64,000 bases of DNA from Bradymonadia bacterium (GTDB lineage Bacteria; Myxococcota_A; Bradymonadia; UBA7976; UBA1532). The notes beneath the pieces were generated by a model. That model saw only the letters and a list, made by a program, of their open reading frames with translations, had not been told where the DNA came from and searched no databases. Location of the stretch: NCBI GenBank assembly GCA_044376085.1, contig JBILLN010000009.1:524-64523 (forward strand). Reading direction: 5' to 3'. Shown here piece after piece: positions 30,096-40,175 of the stretch. The position numbers were made by a program, and so were the translations under genes. Every line of letters begins with the position of its first letter. The stretch's first letter is position 1.

Positions 30096-31001
30096 CTACT
30101 CGTTTGCCGGGCTCGCGGGGATCTGCACGACGGCGAGATCCCGCGAGACGAAGAAAAGATCGACGGCCGCGAGGCCGGCCACCGCCACCGGGCGCCGGGT
30201 GATCTCGCCCACGGAGAGGGAGGCCTCGCCCGGACCGAACTCGGCGAGCCGCTCGGCGGGCACGACGATGCGCCCCCCGGCCGGCGCGCGACACTGAATG
30301 CCCCACGTCTCGGCACCGCTGGCGCGGGACAGCGTCAGCACGGCGTCGTGCTCGCCCTGCCAGCGGACCTCCAGACCGGTCTCGTCGAAAGACGTGCCCA
30401 GGAGGCGAACCTCACCCGGGGCGGAGATCTCGGCCGCCAACGCGCCGAGTTCGTCGCCGGGCGCGCCCACGCGATAGCGACCGTGCGGGACGAACGGCAG
30501 GGCGTCGGGATCATCGGCGTCGTAGGCCACGCCGCCGAGGGAGAAGAGAACGCGCGGGAACGGGCGCGGCTGCAGGCGCAACACCTCGCCCGACGCCGAA
30601 GCGGCCGTGCCCGGCGTCTTCGGCGCGGCGACCGTGAGCTCGCCGATGCTCAAGAGCTCGATGTGACCCGCGGCGCCATCGGCCACCCGCTGCCGCGGAG
30701 CCGCGACGGACCGGCACCGCCCCGTGGGCGGCACCGCGGACACCAGCCAGGCCATGTCGGGCAGGGCCAGGGCGTGCAGCACCTCGGCCCGGCGCTGGTC
30801 CGTCCAGGCGGCGAACTGGCCGCTGACCGAGACCCCGCGCTCGCCGTGATCGTGGGTCATGACCAGCAGCCCGTACCGCCCGAGCCCCCCCGCCTCCGGC
30901 GCCTCGGCCTCGGCGCGCGGCAGCGCGGGCTCGTCGGTCGGGGACGAGCAGCCGGCGGCCAGTGCGACGGCGGCCAGGGCGAGGGCAGGGCGGACGAACA
31001 T
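30096..31001 (-). CDS. Hypothetical lipoprotein, co-directional and 12 nt upstream of the PP2C gene
   Basis: ATG 31001. Signal/lipobox MFVRPALALAAVALAAGC. No recognised family. Confidence 0.62.
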   Translation of the reverse strand: MFVRPALALAAVALAAGCSSPTDEPALPRAEAEAPEAGGLGRYGLLVMTHDHGERGVSVSGQFAAWTDQRRAEVLHALALPDMAWLVSAVPPTGRCRSVAAPRQRVADGAAGHIELLSIGELTVAAPKTPGTAASASGEVLRLQPRPFPRVLFSLGGVAYDADDPDALPFVPHGRYRVGAPGDELGALAAEISAPGEVRLLGTSFDETGLEVRWQGEHDAVLTLSRASGAETWGIQCRAPAGGRIVVPAERLAEFGPGEASLSVGEITRRPVAVAGLAAVDLFFVSRDLAVVQIPASPANE

Positions 31002-31087
31002 CCGGCGTACTGTATGCCCGTGCTCTCGCGGCGCGCAAGATCCGGGACCGTCCGGCGACCGTCTTGGTGACCACTCGTGGGGCCCGG

Positions 31088-32443
31088 TCACCCCGGCGCT
31101 CCGGCGAACCGCCGCCAGACCCACTGCGCCGGAAACCCGAGCGCCATGACGAGCAGCGCGAACAGCGCCGTCCGGTCGGCGTCGAGCAGGGCGCCGGTCA
31201 TCAGGCAACCCGCCCCGAGCAGGAAGACCAGCGGCACCCACGGATACAGCGGCACGCGGAAAGGCCGCGGGAGCGCGGGTTCCGTCCGCCGCAGGCGCAT
31301 CACCGCCACGACGGCCAGGATGTAGAACGGGAAGAACCCGACGACGAAGGCCTCCGTGAGCTGCTCGAACGTGCGGGACGAGACGTAGGCCATGCCCACC
31401 AGGGCGGCGACCAGGGTCGCCCGCACCGGCACCCCGTGCCGCTCCGAGACGCGTCCGAGCCCGGCCGGAAAGAGGCCGTCGGCCCCCAGGGCGACGAAGA
31501 TGCGGGGCGCCGTCAGCAGCGACGTCAGGCAGGCCCCCACGCACGAGACGAAGACGAGCGCCCCCAAGAGGCGCAGGCCCGTCTCTCCGAGCGTGAGGCG
31601 AGCCAGGTTCGCGGCGGGCATGTTCTCCCCCACCGTCGACCGTTGCAGCCCTTCGAGGTTCAGGGCGTTCAGATACCCGGCGTTGATCAGCAGGTACACC
31701 CCCACGATGGCCACCGTCCCGCCGACGAGCGCGCGGGGCAGGGTGCGCTCGGGGTCGCGGACCTCACCGGCGATGCGCGCCAGATCGGCCCAGCCATCGT
31801 AGGCCCACATGACCGAGACCAGGGCCGCGAAGACCCCGGCCAGGGCGGGTCCGCTCGCGACCGGAGGCAGTTCGGCCGGCATCGGCACCGTCGCGCCGCC
31901 CGTGCTCACCACCAGACCGACGACCGCCAAACCGGCGACGCCGACGTACTTGGCCGCCGCCACCGCCGACTGCGTCCGGGCCGAGGTGCGCATCCCGAAG
32001 AGATTGGCCGCGGCGCAGGCCGCCAGCACGCCCACGGCCCAGACGGTGTCTCGCACGCGGTCGGGCGGGGCGCCGAGCAGGGCCGACAGGGCCTCCGCGG
32101 CCAGCCGGGCGAACCCGCCGAGCGCACTCGGCATCAGCAGCACCAGCATCGTCCACCCGAAGAGGAACGCCACGGGCCGGCCCCAGGCCCGCCGCAGGCC
32201 CTCGTAGATGCCCCCCGTCCGGGGCAGCGCCGCCGAGAGTTCGGCCAGGGTCAGCGCGCCGCACAGCGCGATGACCCCGCCGGCGACCCAGACCGACAGG
32301 TACGCGCCCACGTCGCCGGTGAGGCGGGCCACCTTGGCCGGCGTCTTGAAGATGCCGGTGCCGATCGTGGCGTTGACCACGATCAGGGCCCCGAGCCAGG
32401 GGCCCACCACCCGCGTCAGCCGCAGTTCGTCCCGATTCGACAT
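31088..32443 (-). CDS. APC-superfamily amino-acid permease
   Basis: ATG 32443. About 12 hydrophobic segments. N-terminal signature GALIVVNATIGTGIFKTPAKVA...LCGALTLAELSAALPRTGGIYEG. Confidence 0.88.
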   Translation of the reverse strand: MSNRDELRLTRVVGPWLGALIVVNATIGTGIFKTPAKVARLTGDVGAYLSVWVAGGVIALCGALTLAELSAALPRTGGIYEGLRRAWGRPVAFLFGWTMLVLLMPSALGGFARLAAEALSALLGAPPDRVRDTVWAVGVLAACAAANLFGMRTSARTQSAVAAAKYVGVAGLAVVGLVVSTGGATVPMPAELPPVASGPALAGVFAALVSVMWAYDGWADLARIAGEVRDPERTLPRALVGGTVAIVGVYLLINAGYLNALNLEGLQRSTVGENMPAANLARLTLGETGLRLLGALVFVSCVGACLTSLLTAPRIFVALGADGLFPAGLGRVSERHGVPVRATLVAALVGMAYVSSRTFEQLTEAFVVGFFPFYILAVVAVMRLRRTEPALPRPFRVPLYPWVPLVFLLGAGCLMTGALLDADRTALFALLVMALGFPAQWVWRRFAGAPG

Positions 32444-32581
32444 CGGGCCATCATGGCCGGGACGCTCGCCGCGCGCGAGGGGTGCGCGCCGTTCGATGTC
32501 GTGCGAATGTCCCGGGCGTCGCCTGCGTCGATGTCGGCGCCCGATCCGTGCGCGCCCCCAACGTCCCGTCGAGGAGATCCG

Positions 32582-33274
32582 ATGCCCGTCCGTCACCGAA
32601 GCCGAAACATCGTCGCCCGCCTCGGCCTGTTCGTCTCGATCGCCGCGGCGGCCTCGCCCGCCGCCGCTGCGGACCGAGCGACGGTCAAGCCCTCCGCAGC
32701 CCAGACCGTCTCCCTCGCCGGCAAGCTCGCGCCCAAACCCATCGGTCGCTACTACGTCGCCGCGCTCGGCGGATACGTCACCGGGGCCGACACGCGGGTC
32801 ACGCTGGACTTCGCCTCCGCCGGCGATGCGGACAAGATCCGCGTCGTCCTGCGCAATCTGGCGACGGGCGCGGCCAAGCTGGCCACCGTCTCCGGCAATA
32901 CGGCCCGCCGCCAGTTCGCGATCGACGGCTACGGGCCCTGCCCGGCCGGGATCGACCCGGTCGTGTCCGGCACCGTCGCCCAGATCCCCACCAAGAACCT
33001 CTGGGAGATCGACCTCTACACGACGGCGCAGGTGCCCGATCCGGCCAAGCTCCCGGCCGCGGACGGCACCCGCGGCGTCATCAAGGCGGCGGTGACGGTG
33101 AACCGGGCGGCGGGCCTGCGGTTCTTCGACCCCGCGACCCCCCCGGACGGCGGGGCCAACTGGAACCCGGATACGCACAAGGCCATCGACATCGCCTGCT
33201 GCGACCCCACGAAGCGCCCGGGGCCCGAGCCCTGGCCCGAGCCGGAGCCCGCGGGGACGAGCATCGCGCCCTGA
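32582..33274 (+). CDS. Hypothetical secreted protein
   Basis: GAGGAGA SD before ATG 32582. Signal peptide ARLGLFVSIAAAASPAAAADR. No recognised family. Last 231 codons of ORF 30962..33274. Confidence 0.6.
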   Translation: MPVRHRSRNIVARLGLFVSIAAAASPAAAADRATVKPSAAQTVSLAGKLAPKPIGRYYVAALGGYVTGADTRVTLDFASAGDADKIRVVLRNLATGAAKLATVSGNTARRQFAIDGYGPCPAGIDPVVSGTVAQIPTKNLWEIDLYTTAQVPDPAKLPAADGTRGVIKAAVTVNRAAGLRFFDPATPPDGGANWNPDTHKAIDIACCDPTKRPGPEPWPEPEPAGTSIAP

Positions 33275-33289
33275 AGCAGCGGTCGGGGA

Positions 33290-36200
33290 TCAGGGGAAGG
33301 CGCAGGTCAGCGGATTGCCGGCCGGGCGCTGCCCGTTTGGACAGAGCGTGGCCGCGCTCAGGGTGTTGCCGAGGAAACTCGCCACGGGTCCGGTGACCCA
33401 GCGCAGGTTGGCGCCGGAGAAGTTGCTCGACCCGAATGAGGTCCCGGCAAAAATGCCGTACTGAAGATCACAGGCCGCGAAGTTCGTCCGCAGGACAAAC
33501 GCCCGACTGAAAGAGGCCGCGTACAGACCGCAGCGGCCGTTCCCCCCAAGGTCGTTGAAGTCGGAATCTATCAACGTCGCGTCGCCGAAGTCCGGACCCG
33601 AGTTGCGGTCATCGGACCATACGGCCCCGGCGAAGTGGGCCCGTGTGAGGTTGCTGCCCCGGAACGAGGGCCCCCCTCCCAAATCGCTGGCCCAGGTGTT
33701 ACCGGCGTCGACGTCGGTGAGCTCACAGTCAGTGAACTGGGTCCCAGTGACGAGCGCGCCGGTCAGGCGCGAGTCCCTGAGGTAGCAGGCGTCGAAGGAC
33801 GCGCCCCCCAGGTGCGCCGAATCGAAGCGCGTCTCCACGACGAACGTCCCGTCGAGCATGGCCTGCTCCAACCGGGCGTGGGTGAAGTCCACCCCCGCCA
33901 GGACGTTGCCGGACAGATCCACCCGGTCGAGGATGGCGGCCGTGCCGACCTCCGAAGCGTCGAAGCGGGCCCCGGTCAGCGAGCACTGCGGGCAAGACAC
34001 GCCGCGCATCTTGACCCGCCCGAACCAGGCCCCGCGCAGGTCCACGTGGTCGAGCGTCGCGCCGGCCAGGTTGGCCGAGCGGAGAGTCGCGTCCGTCAGG
34101 CGCGTGCGCCACACGAAGCAGCCGTCGTCGACGTGCGCGAACGCGGTCTCGCAGTTGGCATCAGCGCTCGGCGGACAAACTGCATCCAGTTCCAGGCAAT
34201 CGATCGGCCGCGGCATGAAGGCGTCATAGTTGGCGTCCCCGGCCATGAGCCCGACCAGGTTCGCCGAGCTCAGATCGGCCCCGTCGAGATCGGCCCCCGA
34301 GAGCACCGCCCCGGAGAGGTTTGCGCCCCGAAGGGTGCTGCACGCGGCCGGGTCGGCGACTCGTGTCCAGTTGTTGCGGTTGTCGCGGGTCCGGATGGTG
34401 AGCTCGTAAGGCAACCGGATGACCGCGTTACCGGGGAACGCCTGACGGGTGACCGAGACCCGGAACGTCTGGAGACCCACGCCATTGTAGGTCGTGCGCG
34501 CTCGGGTCCGGCCGCTGACCGAGGTGTTGTTGGGCAACGTCAGCGTCACCGTGACCCCGAGTTGTTGGGCGAAACCGTCTTCCTCGTAGATCAACCGGGT
34601 CAGAACGGGATCCTCGTAGCGGCTGACGACGACCTCGATCTCACGGGCGGCCGTCGCCGTGAAGGTGAAGTGGTCGGCGAGGTCGTTGGGGGCGCAGAGG
34701 CCCAGGTTGCGCGTCGAGCCCACCGGCAAGGCGGCGGCGTGCGCGGCGTCCTGATTGGGCTCGAAGCGATCTGCGCAGAAGTCATCATCCACGAGCGGCG
34801 GGACGTCGCAGCCCAGCCGGGTGCGGTCGAGCACGGCCCCTTGAAGTTGGGCACCCTCGAGGTTCACCGCCTTCATGGAGGCCCTCGTGAGGTTGCTGTT
34901 GATCAGGTTCGCGCCGGACAGGTAGGCCCGGTCGAAGATGGCCCCCGTCAGGTTGGAGAGCGAGAGGTTCGCGCTGTTCAGGTTGGCCCGATCGAACGTG
35001 GCCCCGGTGAGGTTGGAGAGCGAGAGGTCCGCCTCCGCGAGGCAGGCCCGGGTGGCGTGGACGCCGGCCAGCAGCGCGCTGGAGAGGTTGGCCCCTCGGA
35101 GCCACACGCCCTCCAGATAGGCCCCGCTCAGATCGGTCTGCGTGAAGAGCGCCTCCGCGAGATCGATCGGCGCATGGCCCGCGCCGGCGCAGGGAGTCGC
35201 CGGGGCGGCGCCCCGACCCAGGACGGCGCCGCGCAGGTTCGCGCCGGTGAAGTCCGCGGCGGTCAGCACGGCCCCCGAGAGGTCGGCCCCGCTCAGGTTC
35301 GCCGAGAAGAAGACCGCGCCGGGCAGGCTCTGACCGACCAGGCCGGTGCCCGCCAGATTCGCGAACGAGAAGTCCACGCCGGCCCACCCCCCGGGCAATG
35401 CCAGCCCGGAGAGGTCCTGCCCCGACAGGTCGACGCCGGCCAGGCGGCCGCCGGCGAAGACCGTACCGGCCGCCGCCGCCGCGTCCAGGTCCGCGCGCGT
35501 CAGTCGCACGCCCAGCGTGTCCAGCCGCGCCTCGGGCAGAGACTGCAGCCCGATGGCCAGCACGACCGCCTCCGACGCCCCCTCCGCGAGCGTCACGCTG
35601 CGCTCCGCGAGGCTGAACCCGGGCCGCTCGACGTGCAGCCAGTACTCCCCGGCGGGCAGGGCCTCGAACGTCGTCCCGCCCGCGGGTCCGTCGCGCACCC
35701 CGGCCACGACGCGGCTGAGGCCGGGGCCGTCGAGGCGGACGCTCACCGCCCGGTCCACGGGTTTGACCCAGTGCGGGCCGACCTCGACGGTCACCTGGAT
35801 TCGACCGGTGGGGGGCGGCCGGTCCAGGTCGAGCTCCGCCGGCGCCCCCGCCGCCGTCTCGAAGCGCGCGTCCGCCGGATCCCAGCTCAGGGGGCCGAAG
35901 GGCGCCGGCGCCACGAAGCCCGCCCGCTGCACGTGCAGGACGTACGCCTCGTCCGGGGCCGCCGGCAGCGTGAAGGCCCCCGCCGCGTCCGTCACGGTCC
36001 GGCCGAGGGTCAGCGCCGTCCCCGCGAGGTCGGCCCGGATGGTCGTGCCCCCGTGGTCGACCGCGCCGGCGAGGCGCACGCGCCCCGAGAGCAGGACGGC
36101 GTCGGGCGTCTCCGAGCCGTGGACGAGCAGGAGCGTCCCGGCGTCGAGGCTCTGGCCGGGCCCCAGCGCCTGCGGCTGCTCGGCCGCCCCGTACCCCGTG

Positions 36201-39200
36201 GCCTGCGCCGTGAGCCGATATCGACCGGGGCCGATGCCGGCCAGCGCGAACCGGCCGTCGCCGTCGGGTCGGGTGGTGGCCACGAGCGGGCCGTCCGGCC
36301 CTTCGGTGAACAGGCTCAGCGTCACGGCGGCCAGCCGCCCCGGGGTCTCGAATCGGCCCAGATGCACGGCACCGGTGACCGCCCCCGGCTGCGCGACGAG
36401 CAGCACGTCGTCCACGCGCCGGCTCTCCCCCTCGGTAACGAAGCCCAGATCGACCGTCTGGAGCCCGTAGCCCTCGGCTCGGAAGGCGAGCAGGCTCGGC
36501 CCCGGCGTCACGGTCAACCGGTAGCGGCCCTCGCTCGTGGACACGGTGGCGTGCGGCGTCCCGTCGACCTCGACCAGGATCCCGCCGTGACCGTCCGCGT
36601 CCGCCACGCCGGCCCGCCGGACCGTGCCCTCGAGCAGCGTCTCGCCCACCCCCGGCAGTTGCAGCGCGTCGAGACGAACGAAACCGAGGTCGAGCACCTG
36701 CCCGACCTCGAGCACGACGGGCAGCGGCGGCGCCGTGAAGCCGGCGAGCTCGAACGCGAGCCAGTGGTCGCCGAGGCCCAGACCATCGACCTCGAAACGA
36801 CCGTCCTCGCCGGGCACGACCGCCGGCAGCGGCGCGCCACCGGCGGGCGTGGCCACGACCCGCACCCGCGGGGCCCACTCCTCGACGCGGTATCCGTCGG
36901 GGAAGACGAGCGCGCCCCGCACCCGGCCCAGCTCCCCCTGGAGCTCCACCGCCCCGGGATCGGTCCCGGCGCCGGCCCGGATGCGCACCGAAGCCCGCGT
37001 CTCGGGTCTGTACCCCGCGCGTCGATAGGTGAGGTCCCAAGTGCCCGCGGGCAGCTCCAGGCGGTAACGGCCTGCGGCCGTCGTCTGCGCCGAGTAGCCC
37101 GTCCCCGCCGCCTCCACCGTGATGCCGGCGTGGACCGCCCCCGCCGCGCGCTCCAGGGTGGCCGTCCCCTCCGCCCACCCCGGCGCCAGTGGGGTCAAGG
37201 CCATGAGCCCCACGTCGGCGTCCTCGCCCACCTCCAGGGCCACCGAACGCACCTCGGGGCCGAACCCCTCGAGCGTCGCGCGGACCTCGAAGCGTCCGGC
37301 CGCCACGCCGGCGAAGACGAAGCGACCGTCGGCGCCCGGCGCGCCTTGCTGAAGGGGCTCGGCGCCCGGCGGAGCGTCCTCGAGGTTCAAGGTCACCTGC
37401 ACCGCCCGCAGCCGGGCCGGATCGTCCAGCCCGGGCAGGCTGACCCGACCCCGGACGACACCCGGCTGGCCGACGAGGACGACCTCCGGGACCGCGGCGG
37501 TCGCCCCGGCCTCGACGCGCACCGCCTCGGACGACGCCTGCCCGTAGCCGCGCCGCGTGAAGGTCAGGGTCACCCGCCCGGCGGGGAGGGTCAGCCGGTA
37601 CTGCCCGGCCGCCGTGGTCTCGGTGAAGTACGGCGTGCCCACGGCCTCGACGCGCGTGCCGCCGTGGGCGCCCTCCGCCGCACCGAGCAGGAGCGCGCGG
37701 CCTTCCAGCGCCCCGAAGAATTCGGGCTCGTCGGCCCGCTCCGGCGGGAAGAGCGAGACGATCCCCAGATCGAGCGCGCCGCCCACCGGGAGCACGACCT
37801 CCCGCCGCTCCGGGACGAAACCCTCCGCCCGGAACTCCAGGCGATGGTCCCCGGCCCCCAGACCGTCGAGGAGAAACGCGCCGCTCCCGTCCGGCGACGT
37901 GCGTGCCGTCGGCGGCGCCGCGCCGTCCGCATCGCCCGACCACACCGCGATCTCCACCCCCTGCAGGCGCACCGGATCGTCGAAGCCGGCGAGCCGGACC
38001 TGCCCGCCGACCCGGCCCGGCTGCCCCGTGAGTCGAACCGGGGGCGCGTCCGTCACCGACTGCGGCGAGACCTGCAGCCCCGACAGCGCCTCCGTGCCGT
38101 ACCCGGCGTGAAGGAAGACCAGGTCGTATCCCCCCTCCGGCACCCGGAGCTCGTAGGTGCCGTCGGAGACCGTCTCGGTCCAATACGGGGTGCCCCGGGC
38201 CTCGATCCGCGTGCCCCCGTGCGCGCCGTCGGCGGCCGCGTCCAGGACCGCGACCCCCCGGAGCGTGCCGAACATCTCGGGGGCCGAGTCCTCGCGCGGC
38301 GGGAAGAGCGAGACGATCCCCAGATCGATCGCACCGCCCACCGGGAGCACGATCTCCCGCCGCTCCGGGACGAAGCCCTCGGCCCGGAACTCCAGGCGAT
38401 GGGCCCCGGCGCCCAGACCGTCGAGGAGAAACGCCCCGCTCCCGTCCGGCGACGTGCGTGCCGTCGGCGGCGCCGCGCCGTCCGCATCGCCCGACCACAC
38501 CGCGATCTCCACCCCCTGCAGGCGCACCGGATCGTCGAAGCCGGCGAGCCGGATCTGCCCGCCGACCCGGCCCGGCTGCCCCGTGAGTCGAACCGGGGGC
38601 GCGTCCGTCACCGACTGCGGCGAGACCTGCAGCCCCGACAGCGCCTCCGTGCCGTACCCGGCGTGGAGGAAGACCAGGTCGTATCCCCCCTCCGGCACTC
38701 GGAGCTCGTAGGTGCCGTCCGAGACCGTCTCGGTCCAGTACGGGGTGCCCCGGGCCTCGATCCGCGTGCCCCCGTGCGCGCCCTCGGCCGCAGAGTCCAG
38801 GACCGCGAGCCCCCGGAGCGTGCCGAACTTCTCCGGGGCCGAGTCCTCGCGCGGCGGGAAGAGCCAGATCCGGCCCACCTCGACGTGTTCGCCCACCGGG
38901 AGCGTCACCTCGCGCGTGTCCTCGGTGAACCCCCGCGCGCTCGTCACGAGCCGGTAGCGGCCGGCCGGCAGCCCGGAGAAGGTGAAGCCGCCATCGGGCA
39001 CGGTCGGGACCGTCTCGTCCAGCACGTCGGCGTCCGGCGCCCCCGCAGGCGTCAGCCGAACGGCCACCTCGAGCAGGGCCTCCGGATCGTCGTAGCCGGA
39101 CAGGGCGACGCTGCCCGAAACGGTGCCCGGAGCCCCGACGAGCTGCACCGCCTCGGGGAGTCGCACGAGCGCCCGCGGGCCGACGACGAAGCCTTCGATC

Positions 39201-39793
39201 GCGACCGACTCGTAGCCCGGGTGGTGGAAGAGCAGATCGTGCGTGCCCTCCGCCAATGCCAGGTGGAACTGTCCGTCCGAGCCGCTGACGGCCGCGTAGG
39301 GCGTGTTGCGGGCCTCGATCACCGTCCCGCCGTGGAGACCCTCCCCGGCGCCGGCCAGCCGCACCGTCCCTTCGACCGCGGCGCCGACATCCGGCACCAG
39401 CGTCAGGGGGTCGAGGACCACGTCCTGCCCGATGGCCAAGACGATCGTGGCCGGCTCGGCGCGGAAGCCCGCCAGGAGGGCCGTCACTTCATAGGCGCCC
39501 GCCGGGACGTCGCCGAAGACGAAGGTGCCGTCCCCCTCCGGCGCGACCTGTTGGTCGGCGGCCTGAAGCCCAGAGAGTGAGGTGAGGCGGACGACGATCT
39601 CCGCAGAACGGGCAGGATCGAAGGGCTCGGGCAGGCGGACCGTGCCCCGGATGCCCCCCTTGGCCTGCTGGGCCGAGGCCGTCTCGGTGTCATAGGGGTT
39701 GCCGGGCCCGATCTCGGCGCACCCGAGAAAGACGAGCAGCCCACAGAGCACCCGAAGAACACGCCGAAGATACGGGGGACGGAGGACGGTCAT
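33290..39793 (-). CDS. Giant (2167 aa) surface/lipoprotein: carboxypeptidase-regulatory-like beta-sandwich array, pentapeptide repeats and a PPC-like domain
   Basis: ATG 39793. Signal LRVLCGLLVFLGC. More than 12 repeats of the G.V.L...G.HGGT.IEA.GTPY...T...G.Y.L....G type. C-terminal third holds A(D/N)LxG pentapeptide runs (ANLSGADLSGAVLTAADFTGANLRGAVL). Confidence 0.85.
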   Translation of the reverse strand: MTVLRPPYLRRVLRVLCGLLVFLGCAEIGPGNPYDTETASAQQAKGGIRGTVRLPEPFDPARSAEIVVRLTSLSGLQAADQQVAPEGDGTFVFGDVPAGAYEVTALLAGFRAEPATIVLAIGQDVVLDPLTLVPDVGAAVEGTVRLAGAGEGLHGGTVIEARNTPYAAVSGSDGQFHLALAEGTHDLLFHHPGYESVAIEGFVVGPRALVRLPEAVQLVGAPGTVSGSVALSGYDDPEALLEVAVRLTPAGAPDADVLDETVPTVPDGGFTFSGLPAGRYRLVTSARGFTEDTREVTLPVGEHVEVGRIWLFPPREDSAPEKFGTLRGLAVLDSAAEGAHGGTRIEARGTPYWTETVSDGTYELRVPEGGYDLVFLHAGYGTEALSGLQVSPQSVTDAPPVRLTGQPGRVGGQIRLAGFDDPVRLQGVEIAVWSGDADGAAPPTARTSPDGSGAFLLDGLGAGAHRLEFRAEGFVPERREIVLPVGGAIDLGIVSLFPPREDSAPEMFGTLRGVAVLDAAADGAHGGTRIEARGTPYWTETVSDGTYELRVPEGGYDLVFLHAGYGTEALSGLQVSPQSVTDAPPVRLTGQPGRVGGQVRLAGFDDPVRLQGVEIAVWSGDADGAAPPTARTSPDGSGAFLLDGLGAGDHRLEFRAEGFVPERREVVLPVGGALDLGIVSLFPPERADEPEFFGALEGRALLLGAAEGAHGGTRVEAVGTPYFTETTAAGQYRLTLPAGRVTLTFTRRGYGQASSEAVRVEAGATAAVPEVVLVGQPGVVRGRVSLPGLDDPARLRAVQVTLNLEDAPPGAEPLQQGAPGADGRFVFAGVAAGRFEVRATLEGFGPEVRSVALEVGEDADVGLMALTPLAPGWAEGTATLERAAGAVHAGITVEAAGTGYSAQTTAAGRYRLELPAGTWDLTYRRAGYRPETRASVRIRAGAGTDPGAVELQGELGRVRGALVFPDGYRVEEWAPRVRVVATPAGGAPLPAVVPGEDGRFEVDGLGLGDHWLAFELAGFTAPPLPVVLEVGQVLDLGFVRLDALQLPGVGETLLEGTVRRAGVADADGHGGILVEVDGTPHATVSTSEGRYRLTVTPGPSLLAFRAEGYGLQTVDLGFVTEGESRRVDDVLLVAQPGAVTGAVHLGRFETPGRLAAVTLSLFTEGPDGPLVATTRPDGDGRFALAGIGPGRYRLTAQATGYGAAEQPQALGPGQSLDAGTLLLVHGSETPDAVLLSGRVRLAGAVDHGGTTIRADLAGTALTLGRTVTDAAGAFTLPAAPDEAYVLHVQRAGFVAPAPFGPLSWDPADARFETAAGAPAELDLDRPPPTGRIQVTVEVGPHWVKPVDRAVSVRLDGPGLSRVVAGVRDGPAGGTTFEALPAGEYWLHVERPGFSLAERSVTLAEGASEAVVLAIGLQSLPEARLDTLGVRLTRADLDAAAAAGTVFAGGRLAGVDLSGQDLSGLALPGGWAGVDFSFANLAGTGLVGQSLPGAVFFSANLSGADLSGAVLTAADFTGANLRGAVLGRGAAPATPCAGAGHAPIDLAEALFTQTDLSGAYLEGVWLRGANLSSALLAGVHATRACLAEADLSLSNLTGATFDRANLNSANLSLSNLTGAIFDRAYLSGANLINSNLTRASMKAVNLEGAQLQGAVLDRTRLGCDVPPLVDDDFCADRFEPNQDAAHAAALPVGSTRNLGLCAPNDLADHFTFTATAAREIEVVVSRYEDPVLTRLIYEEDGFAQQLGVTVTLTLPNNTSVSGRTRARTTYNGVGLQTFRVSVTRQAFPGNAVIRLPYELTIRTRDNRNNWTRVADPAACSTLRGANLSGAVLSGADLDGADLSSANLVGLMAGDANYDAFMPRPIDCLELDAVCPPSADANCETAFAHVDDGCFVWRTRLTDATLRSANLAGATLDHVDLRGAWFGRVKMRGVSCPQCSLTGARFDASEVGTAAILDRVDLSGNVLAGVDFTHARLEQAMLDGTFVVETRFDSAHLGGASFDACYLRDSRLTGALVTGTQFTDCELTDVDAGNTWASDLGGGPSFRGSNLTRAHFAGAVWSDDRNSGPDFGDATLIDSDFNDLGGNGRCGLYAASFSRAFVLRTNFAACDLQYGIFAGTSFGSSNFSGANLRWVTGPVASFLGNTLSAATLCPNGQRPAGNPLTCAFP
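37745..38854. repeat. Direct tandem duplication, 2 x 555 bp, about 97% identical, inside the giant gene
   Basis: Line-by-line comparison of 37745-38299 with 38300-38854 shows only scattered mismatches. The period equals 185 codons, so the frame is preserved. Confidence 0.85.
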
Positions 39794-40175
39794 GGGTGAA
39801 TCCTCGACCGCGCGCGGGTCGGGAACACACCCGGGCTGCCGCGGCGGCGTCGACGAGCCGGAATGTCTGCCGCTGGCGACCGCTCGGCGTGCAACGGACT
39901 CGACCTTCCGGCGAGTCGTCACAGGGTCGCGCGACGGTTCGGGTCGACGGTAGGCGTGGGTCCGGGGAGCGTCAACCCGTGGCGGGGTCACGCATCTCAC
40001 CGGTCACACCGCCTCCGGCGCGGAACCCATTGAATCAACTCATGAATTCGCCCAATCTGCCGAACTGGCCATTGACCTCGATCAAGCGACACACGACGAC
40101 AGATCCGAATTCGTTGCCGGGTGGCACACGTGTATGGGATGGGCAGGGTCCGGGGGAGCAATGGGAGGTGTGCAC

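Noticed and set aside
33635-39580. 1981-aa ORF on the plus strand (also 34785..38498 on the minus strand in another frame) overlapping the giant gene
   Set aside because: The translation is Arg/Gly/Pro/Glu-rich with no motifs, signal peptide or SD. It is the mirror or alternate frame of a gene with clear domain repeats, which is a typical artefact of stop-codon-poor GC-rich DNA.
40122-40137. TGGCAC hexamer upstream of gene 40176
   Set aside because: The -12 position reads TATG, with no GC dinucleotide at the required spacing, so this is not a credible sigma-54 promoter.
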